DNA from: Mobula hypostoma
Lineage: Eukaryota
Length of the DNA: 64,000 nucleotides
Assembly: GCF_963921235.1 (NCBI RefSeq)
Contig: NC_086104.1
Coordinates: 20,956,001 to 21,020,000, forward strand
Direction of reading: 5' to 3'
Positions within the stretch are counted from its first letter, which is position 1. Every line of letters begins with the position of its first letter. The notes under the pieces were generated by a model. That model was given only the letters and a program-made list of their open reading frames with translations, was not told the origin of the DNA and ran no database searches. This document shows, piece by piece, positions 41,344 to 53,600 of this stretch. Made by a program: the position numbers and the translations under genes.

Positions 41344-42606
41344 CAGGTGGCCTCCGTTTTCCGAACGTTCTGTTTACGACATCTCGCTGTTACGAAAGAC
41401 CTACATTAGTTACCTGTTTTTGCTAACAGGTGTTTTCACTGTTACGAAGAAAGGCAGCACGTGAAAAAAGATAGCGCGCGAGAAAAGGCAGCACGCGCCC
41501 GAACAGCCGAGCTCCTCCCCCGGAACTGCATTCTAGCCAGCACTGCTTAAACACGTGCTTTATCTCGATTTATTTTGTGCATCCATTAGCAAGATGAGTT
41601 CTAAGGTATCAGAAAAGCCTAAAAGAGCTCGTAAGGGTGTTACACTTAGCGTAAAACTGGACATAATTAAGCGTTTCGATCCTGGTGAACGAAGTAAGGA
41701 CATTGTCCACGCGGTGAACTTGCCTGAGTCCACTATTCGCACTATTTATATGCAGAGAGAAAGAATTTTGAAAGCTGCCGATGTTACTGTTGGTTCTGCT
41801 CATAGCAAAGTGGTCTCTCTTCGTCGGCATCCAATAATGGATAAAATAGAAAGTCTATTGCTTGAGTGCATTGATGGGTGTACAAAACGTGGTGTTCTGT
41901 TAAGTTTTCTTATACTTAAGGAGAAATCAGACAGTCTATTTAATAAGCTGAAACAGAAAGCACTGGACGACGGTGATGAAAGTGTTGCGAAAGTGGAATT
42001 TAAAGGTAGTCATGGGTGGCTTGATCAGATTCTGAGGCGAGGGCAGCTTCATAGTTTAAACAGTGGTCCCCAACCTCCGGGCCGCGGACCGATACATTGC
42101 TGCGAAGAATGCAATGGTGCAGCGGTAGTCAGAACACACCCAGCACATCTTTAAGAAAAAAGCCGAAATAAACAAGCTAATTAATTAGGTGCCGCCCGGC
42201 ACGTAAATGTCAGCCCAGATCAGAGGCGATTGCCGATTGCGTCAGGTGGTTATTCGTATAAGTGTTTAACTGTGACGAAACTGCAATTTATTGGAGTCTT
42301 CCTGATTCCGGTAAGTGAAACTACATTGTACATACATTATTTCTACTTTATATAGGCTGTGTATTTTTGTGTGTTACTTGGTATGATTTGGCAGCTTCAT
42401 AGCTTAAAGGTTACTGGAGAGAGTGTTTCTGCCGAGAGCGCTTCCGCGAGATTTTCACTGCACTAGCCAGTGCTGCAGAAAAGTATTTCTACTTTATACA
42501 GGCTGTGTATTTATATCATTCCTGCTTTTACTATATGTTATTGCTATTTTAGGTTTTGTGTTATTTGGCATGATTTTGTAGGTTATTTTTTGGGTCTGGG
42601 AACGCT
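41344..42606 (+). mobile_element. Truncated and rearranged Tigger (pogo) transposon
   Basis: TA|CAGGTGGCCTCCG end; ORF from 41594 with psq-HTH and CENP-B HTH (RKGVTLSVKLDIIKR...LPESTIRTI...FKGSHGWL); FNCDET remnant ~42266. Confidence 0.85.
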
Positions 42607-44487
42607 ACAATTGAATCTGCTTTCCTTAATAAATACCCTGGGTAGTTTACACCAGACTTTTATCATTCACAGCATCAAAAGAATTGTCTCCATGTCACTT
42701 TTAGTTCCTCAGCCCATCATCTTCAGATTTTTACCCCCAGTTATGATCCCACCAATGATGGGAACAGTTCCCTGTTATTTTGTCTATCTTCGTGATTTTT
42801 AAATACATTCCTTCAACTTTTCTGGTTTCAGGGAGAACAATCTCATTTTCTCCAGTATATACACATCACTGAAGCCCCCCTCCCTAAAAGTAATCAGATT
42901 CAGGGACAACAGTCCCAGTTTCTCCAGTATATCCACACAAATTAAGCCCCCACCCTGAAAAACATTTCGGTATCTGCACATCTGCGCCTTCTCCAAAGCC
43001 TTTGTCTTTCCTGAAAGGAACAGTACACATTCTCCTATTATATAGTCAAACCAGTATATTATAGAAATTCATTCTGACTGCCCTAATCATATACTACATA
43101 CTTTTATTTATAAGGCCAGGATCTCATATGCTTCAATTTAAAGCAAAACTTCCTCAACCTGCTCTGAGCTCTAATCTAAACTTTCCATCAATCTCCCTAT
43201 TCTTCTATCCTCTAATTAAAACTGTAAACTGATATTGTAAATACGAGGAAATCATATTGTATCATTTTTCATTACTGAAATATCAAACACATTTGGTCAA
43301 AGTAAACTTAATCTGTCACCAATCCTCCCTTTCCACCACTTTCAATCTCTTTTAAGTCTGTCATCTTTCTCACAGTACATGACACCTCCAAGTTTTATAG
43401 CACCTGCAAATTTGGGGGTTCAGGACATAATTTCCAAGTCCAAATCACAGGTACATTATAAAAAGCAGCAACCCTAGCACTGATCTCTAAGAAACTTCTC
43501 TATGCTCTCCCCTCCCATCTGAAAAAGCAAACATTTTATTGCAACTGCCAATATTATCGTTTTTCATTGCATAGACTCCATTCTTAATTACAGGTCTATT
43601 GCATGGAACCTTGTCAAATGCATTACTCATTGTCAAATTAACATCATGGACTCTTCTACCCAAGGGAAGAGATGGCACCACAATTTAACCCCTGGTTGGA
43701 AAGCCAGCAACTCTGCTAGCAAACAAGAACCTCTGCAGATGCTGGAAATCCAAAGCAACACACACACACAAAATGCTGGAAGAACTCAGCAGGTCAGGCA
43801 GCATCAATGGAACTGAACAAACAGTCGACATTTCAGGCAGAGACCGTTCTTCAGGACACAGATCTTAGCCCAAAACTTCGACTGTTCATTTTCATGGATG
43901 CTGCCTGACCTGAATTCCTCTAGCAGTTTATTTATGTATGTAACTGATAGCATCTCATTCCTAACATACTGTGTTGGAGAGGCGCAGTCTTCTCTTCCTA
44001 CAGATGCTGCTTGGCCTGCTGCGTTCACCAGCAACTTTGATGTATGTTGCTTGAATTTCCAGCATCAGCAGAATTCCTGTTGTTTGCCTCTGGAACATAC
44101 TACCTTCTGCTTCAGTGACTAGTATGCTTCCTACCGAGCACAGCTGACATTTGCGAGTTAATTATTAGGGCATATAAGAGCAGGTACAGAGAGAATCCAT
44201 AATATTCCACGGGAAATGGGCTTGGAACATCTTAGCTCAGAGGCCATGGATCCATAGTATTTACCTTCCCCTCTCCACAAGTGTTGTCTGATGTGGTATT
44301 CCACCATTTTTGTGTTTATTTTCAAGGCCCAGACTTTGGCGATGTTGGAACGATTAAACAACAAAACTAGCAGCTGAGAAACCATCTCACCCTCCTGGCC
44401 CGGGCATGGATCGAGCTCAATCAGCCGTCCCCCGCACTGTCATCTCGCCCCAGTACCCAAAACAACATCTCAAACTTTACGGCCTAC

Positions 44488-44563
44488 CTTCACCGTCGGC
44501 CGAAGAGACGAAGGTGAAATCCCCGTTGTTGGCAGCAAAGTGCTGCCGCTGCAGGCCGCTCAT
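44488..44563 (-). CDS. YIPF4: YIPF4 coding exon 1 (MSGLQRQHFAANNGDFTFVSSADGE)
   Basis: ATG in gcgccATG context; NGDFTFVSSAD matches the YIPF4 N-terminus as I recall it; donor G|GTAGGC; 76 nt, phase 1. Confidence 0.93.
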
Positions 44564-44906
44564 GGCGCCGGCTCGGCTTGAGCGCCGCTGACTGCGAGGG
44601 CCGGGACTCCGGAGCGGCGCGAGCACCCGCCGTTCACCGCCTCCCCCCCACTCGATGCCCGTGCACCCACCGACTCCGCCAACGTCACTCAACTACTCTG
44701 CGATCCCGATCCGCCGTCATTGCCGGGGCCACTAAGCACGCCGGGAAAAGTACAAACCCCGCCCCCAACGGGGGGAAAAAAAGGAGCCAGAGAGCATTCT
44801 GGTTGGGCGCTACCTTGGCCTATCGGAATCGACCTTCATCAAATTTGACTCCCCCAAATTTGGCGGTAAATGGTGATGGCTTTTTAAATGTCTGCCTGGC
44901 TTTCAG
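44564..44906. promoter_or_regulatory. Bidirectional CpG-rich promoter of YIPF4/EXO1, with a putative non-coding EXO1 exon ending at 44906
   Basis: CpG-dense; GC box CCCCGCCCC ~44757; E2F-type TTTGGCGG at 44859-44866; plus-strand donor CAG|GTGAGT at 44906/44907. Confidence 0.75.
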
Positions 44907-45380
44907 GTGAGTTTATACATATCAAAAAATTACCCTTCTCGTCCCGGGCTGCTAGAGAGTGGAATAAATGCCTAAGAGACTAGGGCTAGGCGTAGAAATG
45001 AGGCTGGGTAAAATATTTGCTGTCAGTTTAAACTGCTAAATCATCTTGTTTTCGGCCCGAGCTCCGGACAAGGGTAAGATTATGGCGGGCAGCTGCAAGG
45101 GCATGGAAGAGGGGTCCGGGGCTGAATAAGAGTGGAAGCTTTTCTACCTTAAAGCGAAGTTTCTGAAGGCTTCGTCAGATCTGAATGGGAACAAATTTCA
45201 ACGTTCATTAATGAAGGGGGAATCCGATTTAAAATTGAATCGACGTAAATTACTTCTTTAATATTACTGATATATGTGAATTAAAAACTCTAGTTTTCTT
45301 GCCGTTTTGTGTGTGTATATATTTCCATAAGTTTTGGCCATTTATGTACCTATTGCACCATAATTGAAGACAAAGCTTCA

Positions 45381-46350
45381 GAACCTTTTGTAATTACCTG
45401 TTTTTCTGCATAAATTACTCATAAAATGTGGTCTGATCTTCATCTGAGTTACAATAATAGACAAACATAATCTGCCTAAACTAATAACACACAAAAATTG
45501 TATGTACTTTTCATGTCTTTATTGAAAACATTGTTCAACCTTTAACAATCCAGGCTGGAAAACAGTATGTGAACCCTTGTATTTAATAACTGGTAGAACA
45601 TGCTTTAGCAGCAATAACTTTCATCAAATGTTTCCTGTAGCTGCTGATCAAACTTGCACAATGGCAAGGAGGAATTTTAGACCATTCTTCCATATAAAAC
45701 TGTTCAGTTCATCAACGTTTCTGGATTATCTTGTATGAACAGCCCTCTTCAGGTCATACCACTGCATCTCAATTGGTTAAGGTCTGGACTCTGACTTGGC
45801 CATTCCAAAACACAAATTTTCTTTTTAAACAGTTCTGATGCTGATTTACTCTTGTCACAGATCTTTGTCTTGCTGCATTATCCAACTTCTATTAAGCTTC
45901 AGGTGACAGACCACTACTCTACATTCTCCTGTAGAATGTCTTGATACAATTTTGAATTCATTGTTCCCTCAACGATTGCAAGCTGTCCAGGCCCTGAGGC
46001 AGCAAAGCAGCCCCAAACCACGATGCTCCTTCCACCATGCTTCGCAGTTGCGATGAGGTTTTGGTGTTGGTGTGCAGTGCCCCTTTTCCTCCAAACAGTT
46101 CAACTTTTGTTTCATCTGTTCACAGAACATTGTTTCCGAAGCATTGTGGAACATCCAGATGTTTTTTTGCAAACTTGAGACTGTGATTATTTAAATGGTG
46201 TACTCAGCATTGATGAGAAAAAGTACAATTGTCTGTACGTTATTAGTTTAGGTAGATTGTGTTTGTCTATTATTGTGACTTGGATGAAGATCAGACCACT
46301 TTTCATGAGTAATTAATGCAGAAAACCAGGTAATTGCAAAGGGTTCATAA
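45381..46350 (-). mobile_element. Tc1/mariner remnant in the EXO1 5' intron
   Basis: ~125-bp terminal inverted repeats; transposase remnants KHGGRSIVVWGCFAASGPG and WPSQSPDLN. Confidence 0.88.
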
Positions 46351-46953
46351 ATGGTGAGTTCCTACCTTTGCTTGTTTGAGAATCATCCCTTAATTCATAC
46401 TTTTAATTTTGTAACTAAACACCATTTTAACATCTGAGTTTTATTTCCACATAGTTGCAATATTCCTGCAAGCAAGAATGCAGATGGCTGCGCTATTATC
46501 CTAGCAATCAAGTTTGATCTCTGCATTGCAATTATTTTTGAGATTGAATGTATAGGTATATTTGAAGAGCAGGCATCCTTTACTTATTGTTGGAGAAGTT
46601 GTCTTACTCTTACCTGGAGAAGTTGCTGTAGGTCGTTTACTCTTCTCTACGTTTAGACTTTATTAAGTAAAACTGTCATTTAGTTTATTATTCACTGTGA
46701 ATCATGCATCTGCGTCTCCTTCGGCTTACACTCTGTCCCAATAAGTTTTGTGATTTTTACATCTATGCTTCAGAGTCTCTTCACAGTTTAACCACTTGTT
46801 TGTGCTGCAGTCCTTTTGAATTCATGAATAATACCTCGGTGATTTCATCTGTCACTCCTTGATTTAAAACTAACATTTACTTTCTGAATCACAGCTCATC
46901 CATTTTAACCTGAGAACACTAATGAAAGATTTTGAGAAGAGAAAAGTCACACC

Positions 46954-47114
46954 ATGGGGATTCAAGGATTGCTACAGTTTGTTAAGGAAGCATCAGAACC
47001 AATTCACATCAAAAAATACAAAGGACAGACTGTGGCACTGGATATGTATTGCTGGCTTCATAAAGGTGCCTTTGCATGTGCTGATAAATTAGCAAAGGGG
47101 GAACCAACTGACCA
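46954..47114 (+). CDS. EXO1: EXO1 coding exon 1 ([53 protein letters not shown])
   Basis: XPG-N start MGIQGLL and DxYCWLHKG; upstream acceptor at 46894; donor gtaagt; 161 coding nt. Confidence 0.96.
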
Positions 47115-47216
47115 GTAAGTCTCTCTTGCCTGTCTTGATGTTTGTCCCACTGTTAAGCAAAAATCTTGATCTAGAGTGCCCTCCATGTGGAGTTAACAAA
47201 TTATTTCTGTTGGTTT

Positions 47217-47833
47217 CAGCCATCCCACCCTGCAAAAACTCATTTCAGGGAGGTAGTACCATCAATTTGCTGGAGACTCCCGGAACTTCCAGGAGAGGTG
47301 GGATGTCTGCAATAGAGTAGCTCCTTAACAGCTAGCCAGCTAGTTTAAATAACGTTAGCTATGCTAGTGAACGGATGACACCTGTTAAACTCACCTCAAC
47401 ATGTCTTTTACAGTCTTAACCCACTATGGCCAATAGAAAAGTCACTGTCATTATTTTTGACCCCTATTAGGCAGGGGTACACTTTAGTGTAGTCTGGGGT
47501 GACGTACGTTTTATATTTTCTTTTTTTGGAACACCCTGCCATGCTGACTTTTTTTTAGAACTCTCTCGCTCTTGCTCTCTATCGTGTGCATGCATGCGCT
47601 GTCTCGCTCGTGGTCGCTCTTACTCTCTCTCGCGCTTGCTTTCTCGCTCTCTCTCGTGGTTGCTCTCTTGCGCTTGCTTTCTTGCTCTTGCGCTCGCTCT
47701 TTCTCGCGCGTTCTCTCACGCTCGCTCTCAAAAATATCAATTTTCGGGACATTGTATATAATTTGCGGGCATCAGGGAGCCACTATTAATTTGCGGGAGA
47801 CTTCTGGAACTTCCGGGAGAGGTGGGATGTCTG
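47217..47833. mobile_element. MITE with 6-bp TSD
   Basis: TIRs CAGCCATCCCACC / GGTGGGATGTCTG; TGGTTT on both flanks; internal copy of the right end at ~47265-47309. Confidence 0.8.
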
Positions 47834-48253
47834 TGGTTTGCTTCTGGGTATCCTTGTTCCCTTCCACATGCCAGAGGTAAACTTGTTACCAGGTTAATAG
47901 GCCAATATGAATTATTAAAATGGGTCACAGAGGAATAGCTGATGAAAATGCTACAAGGAGGTAAAATGGGGTAAATGGGTGCTTGATCGTCAATGTGAAT
48001 CTGGTAGGCTTAAGTGCCCTTTCTACACACTGTATGACTGTTTTCTTGTGCATGGTAAATGTCATTGACGAAAACTGCAGTCCCTAATTAAATAATGTTC
48101 AGTTTCATCACATTTTCCAATGAAGTTGCAGCATTAGTAGTGATCGTCACTTTCACCCTTAGATATAACACGATCTAGAAAATTCCATCTAACTGCATAC
48201 ATGAGTGGCATTTTTAATTTTTTTTTCCCAAATGTTAATTTGTTTTGTTCCAG

Positions 48254-48373
48254 ATACGTTAGTTATTGTATGAAATTTGTTGAAATGTTGGATTCCTTTG
48301 GTGTTAAACCAATCCTGGTTTTTGATGGATGCACATTACCTTCCAAAAAAGAGGTAGAAAAAGCCCGAAGCAT
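48254..48373 (+). CDS. EXO1: EXO1 coding exon 2 ([39 protein letters not shown])
   Basis: Catalytic VFDG motif; cag|...|gtaagt; 120 nt. Confidence 0.96.
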
Positions 48374-48492
48374 GTAAGTATAATTCAGTCCGAATATTAA
48401 CATCTAGAAGATACAGATTATTTTTTAAACTGAACAGCTGTTTGTCCATGTGGTTTAGAAACATTATGCTTTGGTGATTTTCTGCATTACAG

Positions 48493-48616
48493 ACGTAGGC
48501 AAACAAACTTGCAGAAAGGGAAGCAGCTCCTACGTGAAGGCAAGACAGCAGAAGCCAGAGAGTGCTTTACTCGCTCTGTCAGTATAACACCTGCAATGGC
48601 TCGTGAGGTTATAAAG
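48493..48616 (+). CDS. EXO1: EXO1 coding exon 3 ([41 protein letters not shown])
   Basis: Helical-arch region; cag|...|gtgagt; 124 nt; frame consistent. Confidence 0.96.
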
Positions 48617-48731
48617 GTGAGTGACCTCCATTTTATTTTGCCTGTGGTTTGTGCAGAAAACAAGTTGCTTCCAAATTATCTTTATATCCTACTGATTTTC
48701 TTACTTTTAAAAATGTTTAAATAATAAATTG

Positions 48732-48999
48732 CAAACATGAGGAAATCTGCAGATGCTGGAAATTCAAGCAACACACACAAAATGCTGGTGGAACGCAGCA
48801 GGCCAGACAGCATCCACAGGAAGAAGCACAGTTGACGTTTCGGACCGAGACCCTTTGTCAGACCTTTCAAATCTCTCACTATCCCTTCTTTCAGTTAGTC
48901 CTGACGAAGGATCTCGGCCCAAAACGTCGACTATGCTTCTTCCTATGGATGTTGTTTGGCCTGCTGTGTTCCACCAGCATCTTGTGTGTGTTGCTTGAA
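48732..48999. mobile_element. Inverted pair of Penelope-derived terminal repeats
   Basis: Arms 48763-48861 and 48901-48999 are near reverse complements; each carries a decayed hammerhead core. Confidence 0.85.
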
Positions 49000-49479
49000 A
49001 TAATAAATTGGATGGGTGGGGGTTGGATTTCTGGCTCGACAGAGGGAGAATAGAAGATGTGTGCAGCTGTACTCATTACATGAAATTTGCTACATAGAGA
49101 AAAGCCTTTTGACTCAATTGCATCTACATACCCTTCTCTTCCCTCCTTTAGTTTCTCTTTAAACTATCTGCTTACTGTAAATAGTGACAAGTTTCATGTT
49201 CAGATTGCTCCTCATTTCTTTACTAGGTTAAGGGTGACCAATGAAATTTGTCTTCTAGCTTTGGAAACACAAACGGATCTTCTCTGCAAAAATAACAAGC
49301 CCCTTCTTGATTCTAGATACTTGCATTGGATCCCTTTTCAGCCCTTTGTTTTGGAGCAATGGCCATTCAATCTTACCTGACCATTCTAGTATTTGCCCTC
49401 TCAGGTGCTTTCTAATCTTGCTTTTAGTCTGGAGTTCAGAAACATAGGTAGAGCTTAATGTTGCTATGATTTTATTTTG

Positions 49480-50657
49480 TACTATTGGGAACCATAAACT
49501 AGTAAGCCTAACATCTGTGGAAGATAACTTACTGGAGAGGATTTTGAGGAATGCATCTGGAAAGGTGGTTTGATGGAGGAAGTCAAGACAGCTTTGGCTG
49601 GGGAAGGTCATGCATCAGGAACTTGACTGAGTTTTTTGAACAAGAGGTCAATAAGGGGAGGGGAGTTGATATCAACTTCAGTAAGGCCTTTAAGATTCCT
49701 CATTGTAAGCTAGTCTGGAAGGTTAAATCACACAAAATCTAGGGAGAGTTGGCTAATTAGATGCACAATTGACTTAAACCATAAGATGCAGGAGCAGAAT
49801 TAGGCCATTTGGCCCATTGAGTCTTCTCCTCCATTCAATCATGGCTGATCTTTTCTTCCCTTCTCAGCCCCACTCCCCGGCCTTCTCACTGTAACCTTTG
49901 ATGCCGTGTCCACTCAAGAACCTATCAAGCTGTGCCTTAAATAACCCAATGACCTGGCCTCCACAGCTGCCTGTGATAGCAAATTCACCACCCTCTGGCT
50001 AAAGAAAGTTCTCTGCATCTCTGTTTTAAATGCACGCCCCTCTATCCTGAGGCTGTGCCCCCTTGTCTTAGACTCTCCCACCATGGAAAACATCCTTTCC
50101 ACATCCACTCTGTCCAGGCCTTTCAACATTCAAAGAGTTTCTATGAGATCTCCCCTCATGCTTCTAAATTCCAGCGAGTACAGACCCAGCACTACTAAAC
50201 ATTCTTCATATGATAACCCTTTTGTTCCCAAATCATCCTGTGAACCCTCACCAATGCCAGCACACCTTTTCTTAGATGAGGAGCCCAAAACTGTTCATAA
50301 TACTCAAGGTAAAGCCTCACCAGTGCCTTATGTAACCTCAGCATCACATCTCTGTTCTTGTATTGTAGACGTCTTGAAATGAATGCTAACATTGCATTTG
50401 CCTTCCTCACCACTGACTCTGCCTGCAAGTTAACCTTTAAGTTGTTCTGCACCAGGACTCCCAAGTCCCTCTGCATCTCAGATTTTTTGGATTTTCCCTG
50501 TTTAGAAAACAGTCAGCACATTTATTTCTACTACCAAAGTGCATGACCATGTATTTTCCAACATCGTATTTCATTCGCCACTCTCTTGCCCATTCTCCTA
50601 ATCTAAGTCCTGCAGCCTCCCTGTTTCCTCAACACTATCTGCCCCTCCACCAATTTT
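49480..50657. mobile_element. CR1 LINE fragments in both orientations
   Basis: NLTEFFE...NFSKAF on plus; QRDLGVLV...KANAMLAFI and TRGHSLRIEG on minus. Confidence 0.85.
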
Positions 50658-50659
50658 GA

Positions 50660-53600
50660 CGGTAAGAAGCAGAGAATGATAGTGGAAGCGCAAACACGAG
50701 GAAATCTGCAGATGCTGGAATTTCAAGCAACACTCATAGAAGTTGATGGTGAACGCGAAATAGTCGCGAAAACATACAGCCTGCTACAGAGCATGTTAAC
50801 CCCTGAAAAGCCAGCTGACAGAACGTTCAAGCAAATACTCCAACAGTATTTGAACCCCAAACTGATGGTTATTGCTGAAAGATTTAAATTCCATAAACAA
50901 AATCAGAGCAAAACTGAAAGCATTTCTGAATATTGTGCTGAATTGCGCAAATTATCAGAACATTGTCAATTTGGAGCTGGTCTGTCAGACGCATTGAGGG
51001 ACAGGTTAGTGTGTGGCATGCACTGTGAAACCACACAGAAGAAGCTTCTGTCTGAAAAAGACCTTACGTTCGAGGAAGTGCTAAACATCTCAATATCATT
51101 AGAAACAGCTGCACGAGGTGCTTCCGAGATACAACAAAATCTACGGAATATGCCACAGATAAAATGTCACTGAACAGAAGTGAAGGAAAGAAATGTTGCC
51201 ATTGTGGGAACAGGTCACACGACCCTGATGATTGGTTTAAAGATAAAGAATGCAGAAACTGTGGCAAACAGGGCCACATTGGCAGAATATGCAAAGCTAG
51301 TTAGCAGCAGAAAAAGGACAAAATACAGAGAAACAAAGAAACCCCAGAAAGGAAAATACAACAATGTGCACAAAATGAAAGAAAACAATGCTGATGAAAA
51401 CTACTCAGACAAAAGTGAATTGTCTTGTCTGCAACCTCACAGCGTGAAAGACACAGATGATCGAAGAGTAATATGGATCTTTCTCTCTGGCTATCCATCC
51501 CATAGGATGATGATGGTTCCTTTCAGTTACTCCTCAGAAAGGAATAGCACGTGCGTGAATGGATTTTAGGTGAGTAAGGGGTTGCACAGGTCCAGACCCA
51601 CCCTATCGACATCCCCTCCCGGATCCAGTGGCATGGTGGGGTCCAAGGCGGACCAAGCTTCGATGCAAGGGATGCCCTTTCCGCGCTTCACAGCTCGTAT
51701 TTGCTAGATGGCAGTTGACCCTACGAGAGGGTTCATCTGCCCTTTCACGGGTCTTGTTTTTTGTCCTGCAGGGTTCTAGCCATCCTCCTCACCAGGCAAG
51801 CCTGGTGGGGGAGCCGGTTTAGTCACGACAGGTAGTACTGGGTTACATGGTACCAGTAGCACTCAGACGAGTGACCTGACTTATGGATCACTCCACAAGT
51901 GGCAGGCGTGAGACTGAAAATGGAGATGGACACAGGCTCAGCTTTAACAGTAATCTCTGTATACGGCCTCAATCGACTGTTTTCTCACATACCTCTGAAA
52001 TGAACTGAACTACTGCTGAAGACTTACACAGAACAGAAAGTGCGTCCCAAAGGTAAAATTAATGTGACAGTGACCTACGGAGACAAAACACAGCAGCTGA
52101 ATCTCTATGTACTGAAAAATGGAGGACCACCATTGCTGGGACGTGAATGGCTCAGGAAAATTCAGTTGGATCGGCACACCATCAAGGCACTAGATGTGTC
52201 AGCAAAGGCGGGCAGCAAGGCTACCTCTGAGAGACTGTCACAAATAATTGCTAACTCTGAAGAAGTGTTCATGAAAGGAATAAGAAAACTTCAGGGCATG
52301 AAGGCAAAGATTGAGATTCAGGAAAATGCATGTCCAAAATTTTACAAAGCCAGACCAGTGCCATATGCAATCCGTCCAACAGTAGAGGCAAAGCCGAAAA
52401 ATCTGGAGCAGACTGGGGTCCTGTCAAAGGTGGATTGAAGTGAATGGGCCACGCCATTGTTCCAGTGATGAAGAAAACCTCCAGCACAAAACCAGGAAAA
52501 CCAAGCAAGGTGAGCATACGTAGTGACTTTGAAGTGACTGTCAACCCAGTGCTCCACACAGTACAATATCCCCTATCCCGTATTGAGGACATTTTTGCTT
52601 CCCTGTCAGGAGGGGAAGATTTCACAAAAATTGACTTGACCCAGGCTTACCTCCAAATGGAAATCGAGGAAACATCCAAGAAACACCTGACAATAAATAC
52701 ATACAAAGGCCTTTACCAGTACAACAGGTTGGTGTTTCGGATAGCATCAGCGCCTACAGGGGATTCCAGGGACTCAGTGTTACCTGGATGACATCATTGT
52801 CACTGGCAAGGATGACAACAAACATCTTTCTAACCTAAAACAAGTGCTCACCAGGTTACGAGAATATGGGCTCAGAGCTAATCGACAGAAATGTGAATTT
52901 TTCAAAAAGGAAACCTCATACTGTGGGCATGTGATCAATAAGGATGGCTTACACATGTCTCAAGACAAGATAGAAGTGGTGCTTAAGGCACCACCACCTG
53001 AAAATGTGTCTCGGCTGAGAGCATATCTTGGTCTAGTGAACTACTAACACAAGTTCTTGCCTAACCTATCCACAGTCCTACACCCACTAAATGCATTATT
53101 ACAGACAGGGGCACAATGGAAGTGGACTGAGAGCTGTGAGAAAGCGTTTCAAGATACTAAAAGACTCATATCTTCGGAAGGGGTGCTCGTGCACTTTGAC
53201 CCCTCCTTCCCTATCCAACTAGCTTCTGATATCTCGCCCATGGGATAGGAGCTCTGTTATCGCACAAATTTCCAGATGGCTCCAAAAGACCAATAGCCTT
53301 TGCCTCAAGAACGCTAACTTCAGCTGAACAGATTGACAGAGCGGCCCTAAGCCTCATGTGGGGAGTTTAGAAATTCAGTCACTACCTATATGGCCAAAAT
53401 TTTACTCTGTTGACTGACCATCAGCCTCTCCTGTCGATCTTCAACCCAAGAAAAGGCTTTCCAGTAATGACAGCACGAAGTCTACAATGATGGTCCCTTT
53501 TCTTAGGAGGTCACAGGTATGACATTGAACACAAGGGGACCAAGCAACACAGATGGTTTGTCACATTTACCACTGCCCATTTCTGAGATAACTACGCAAA

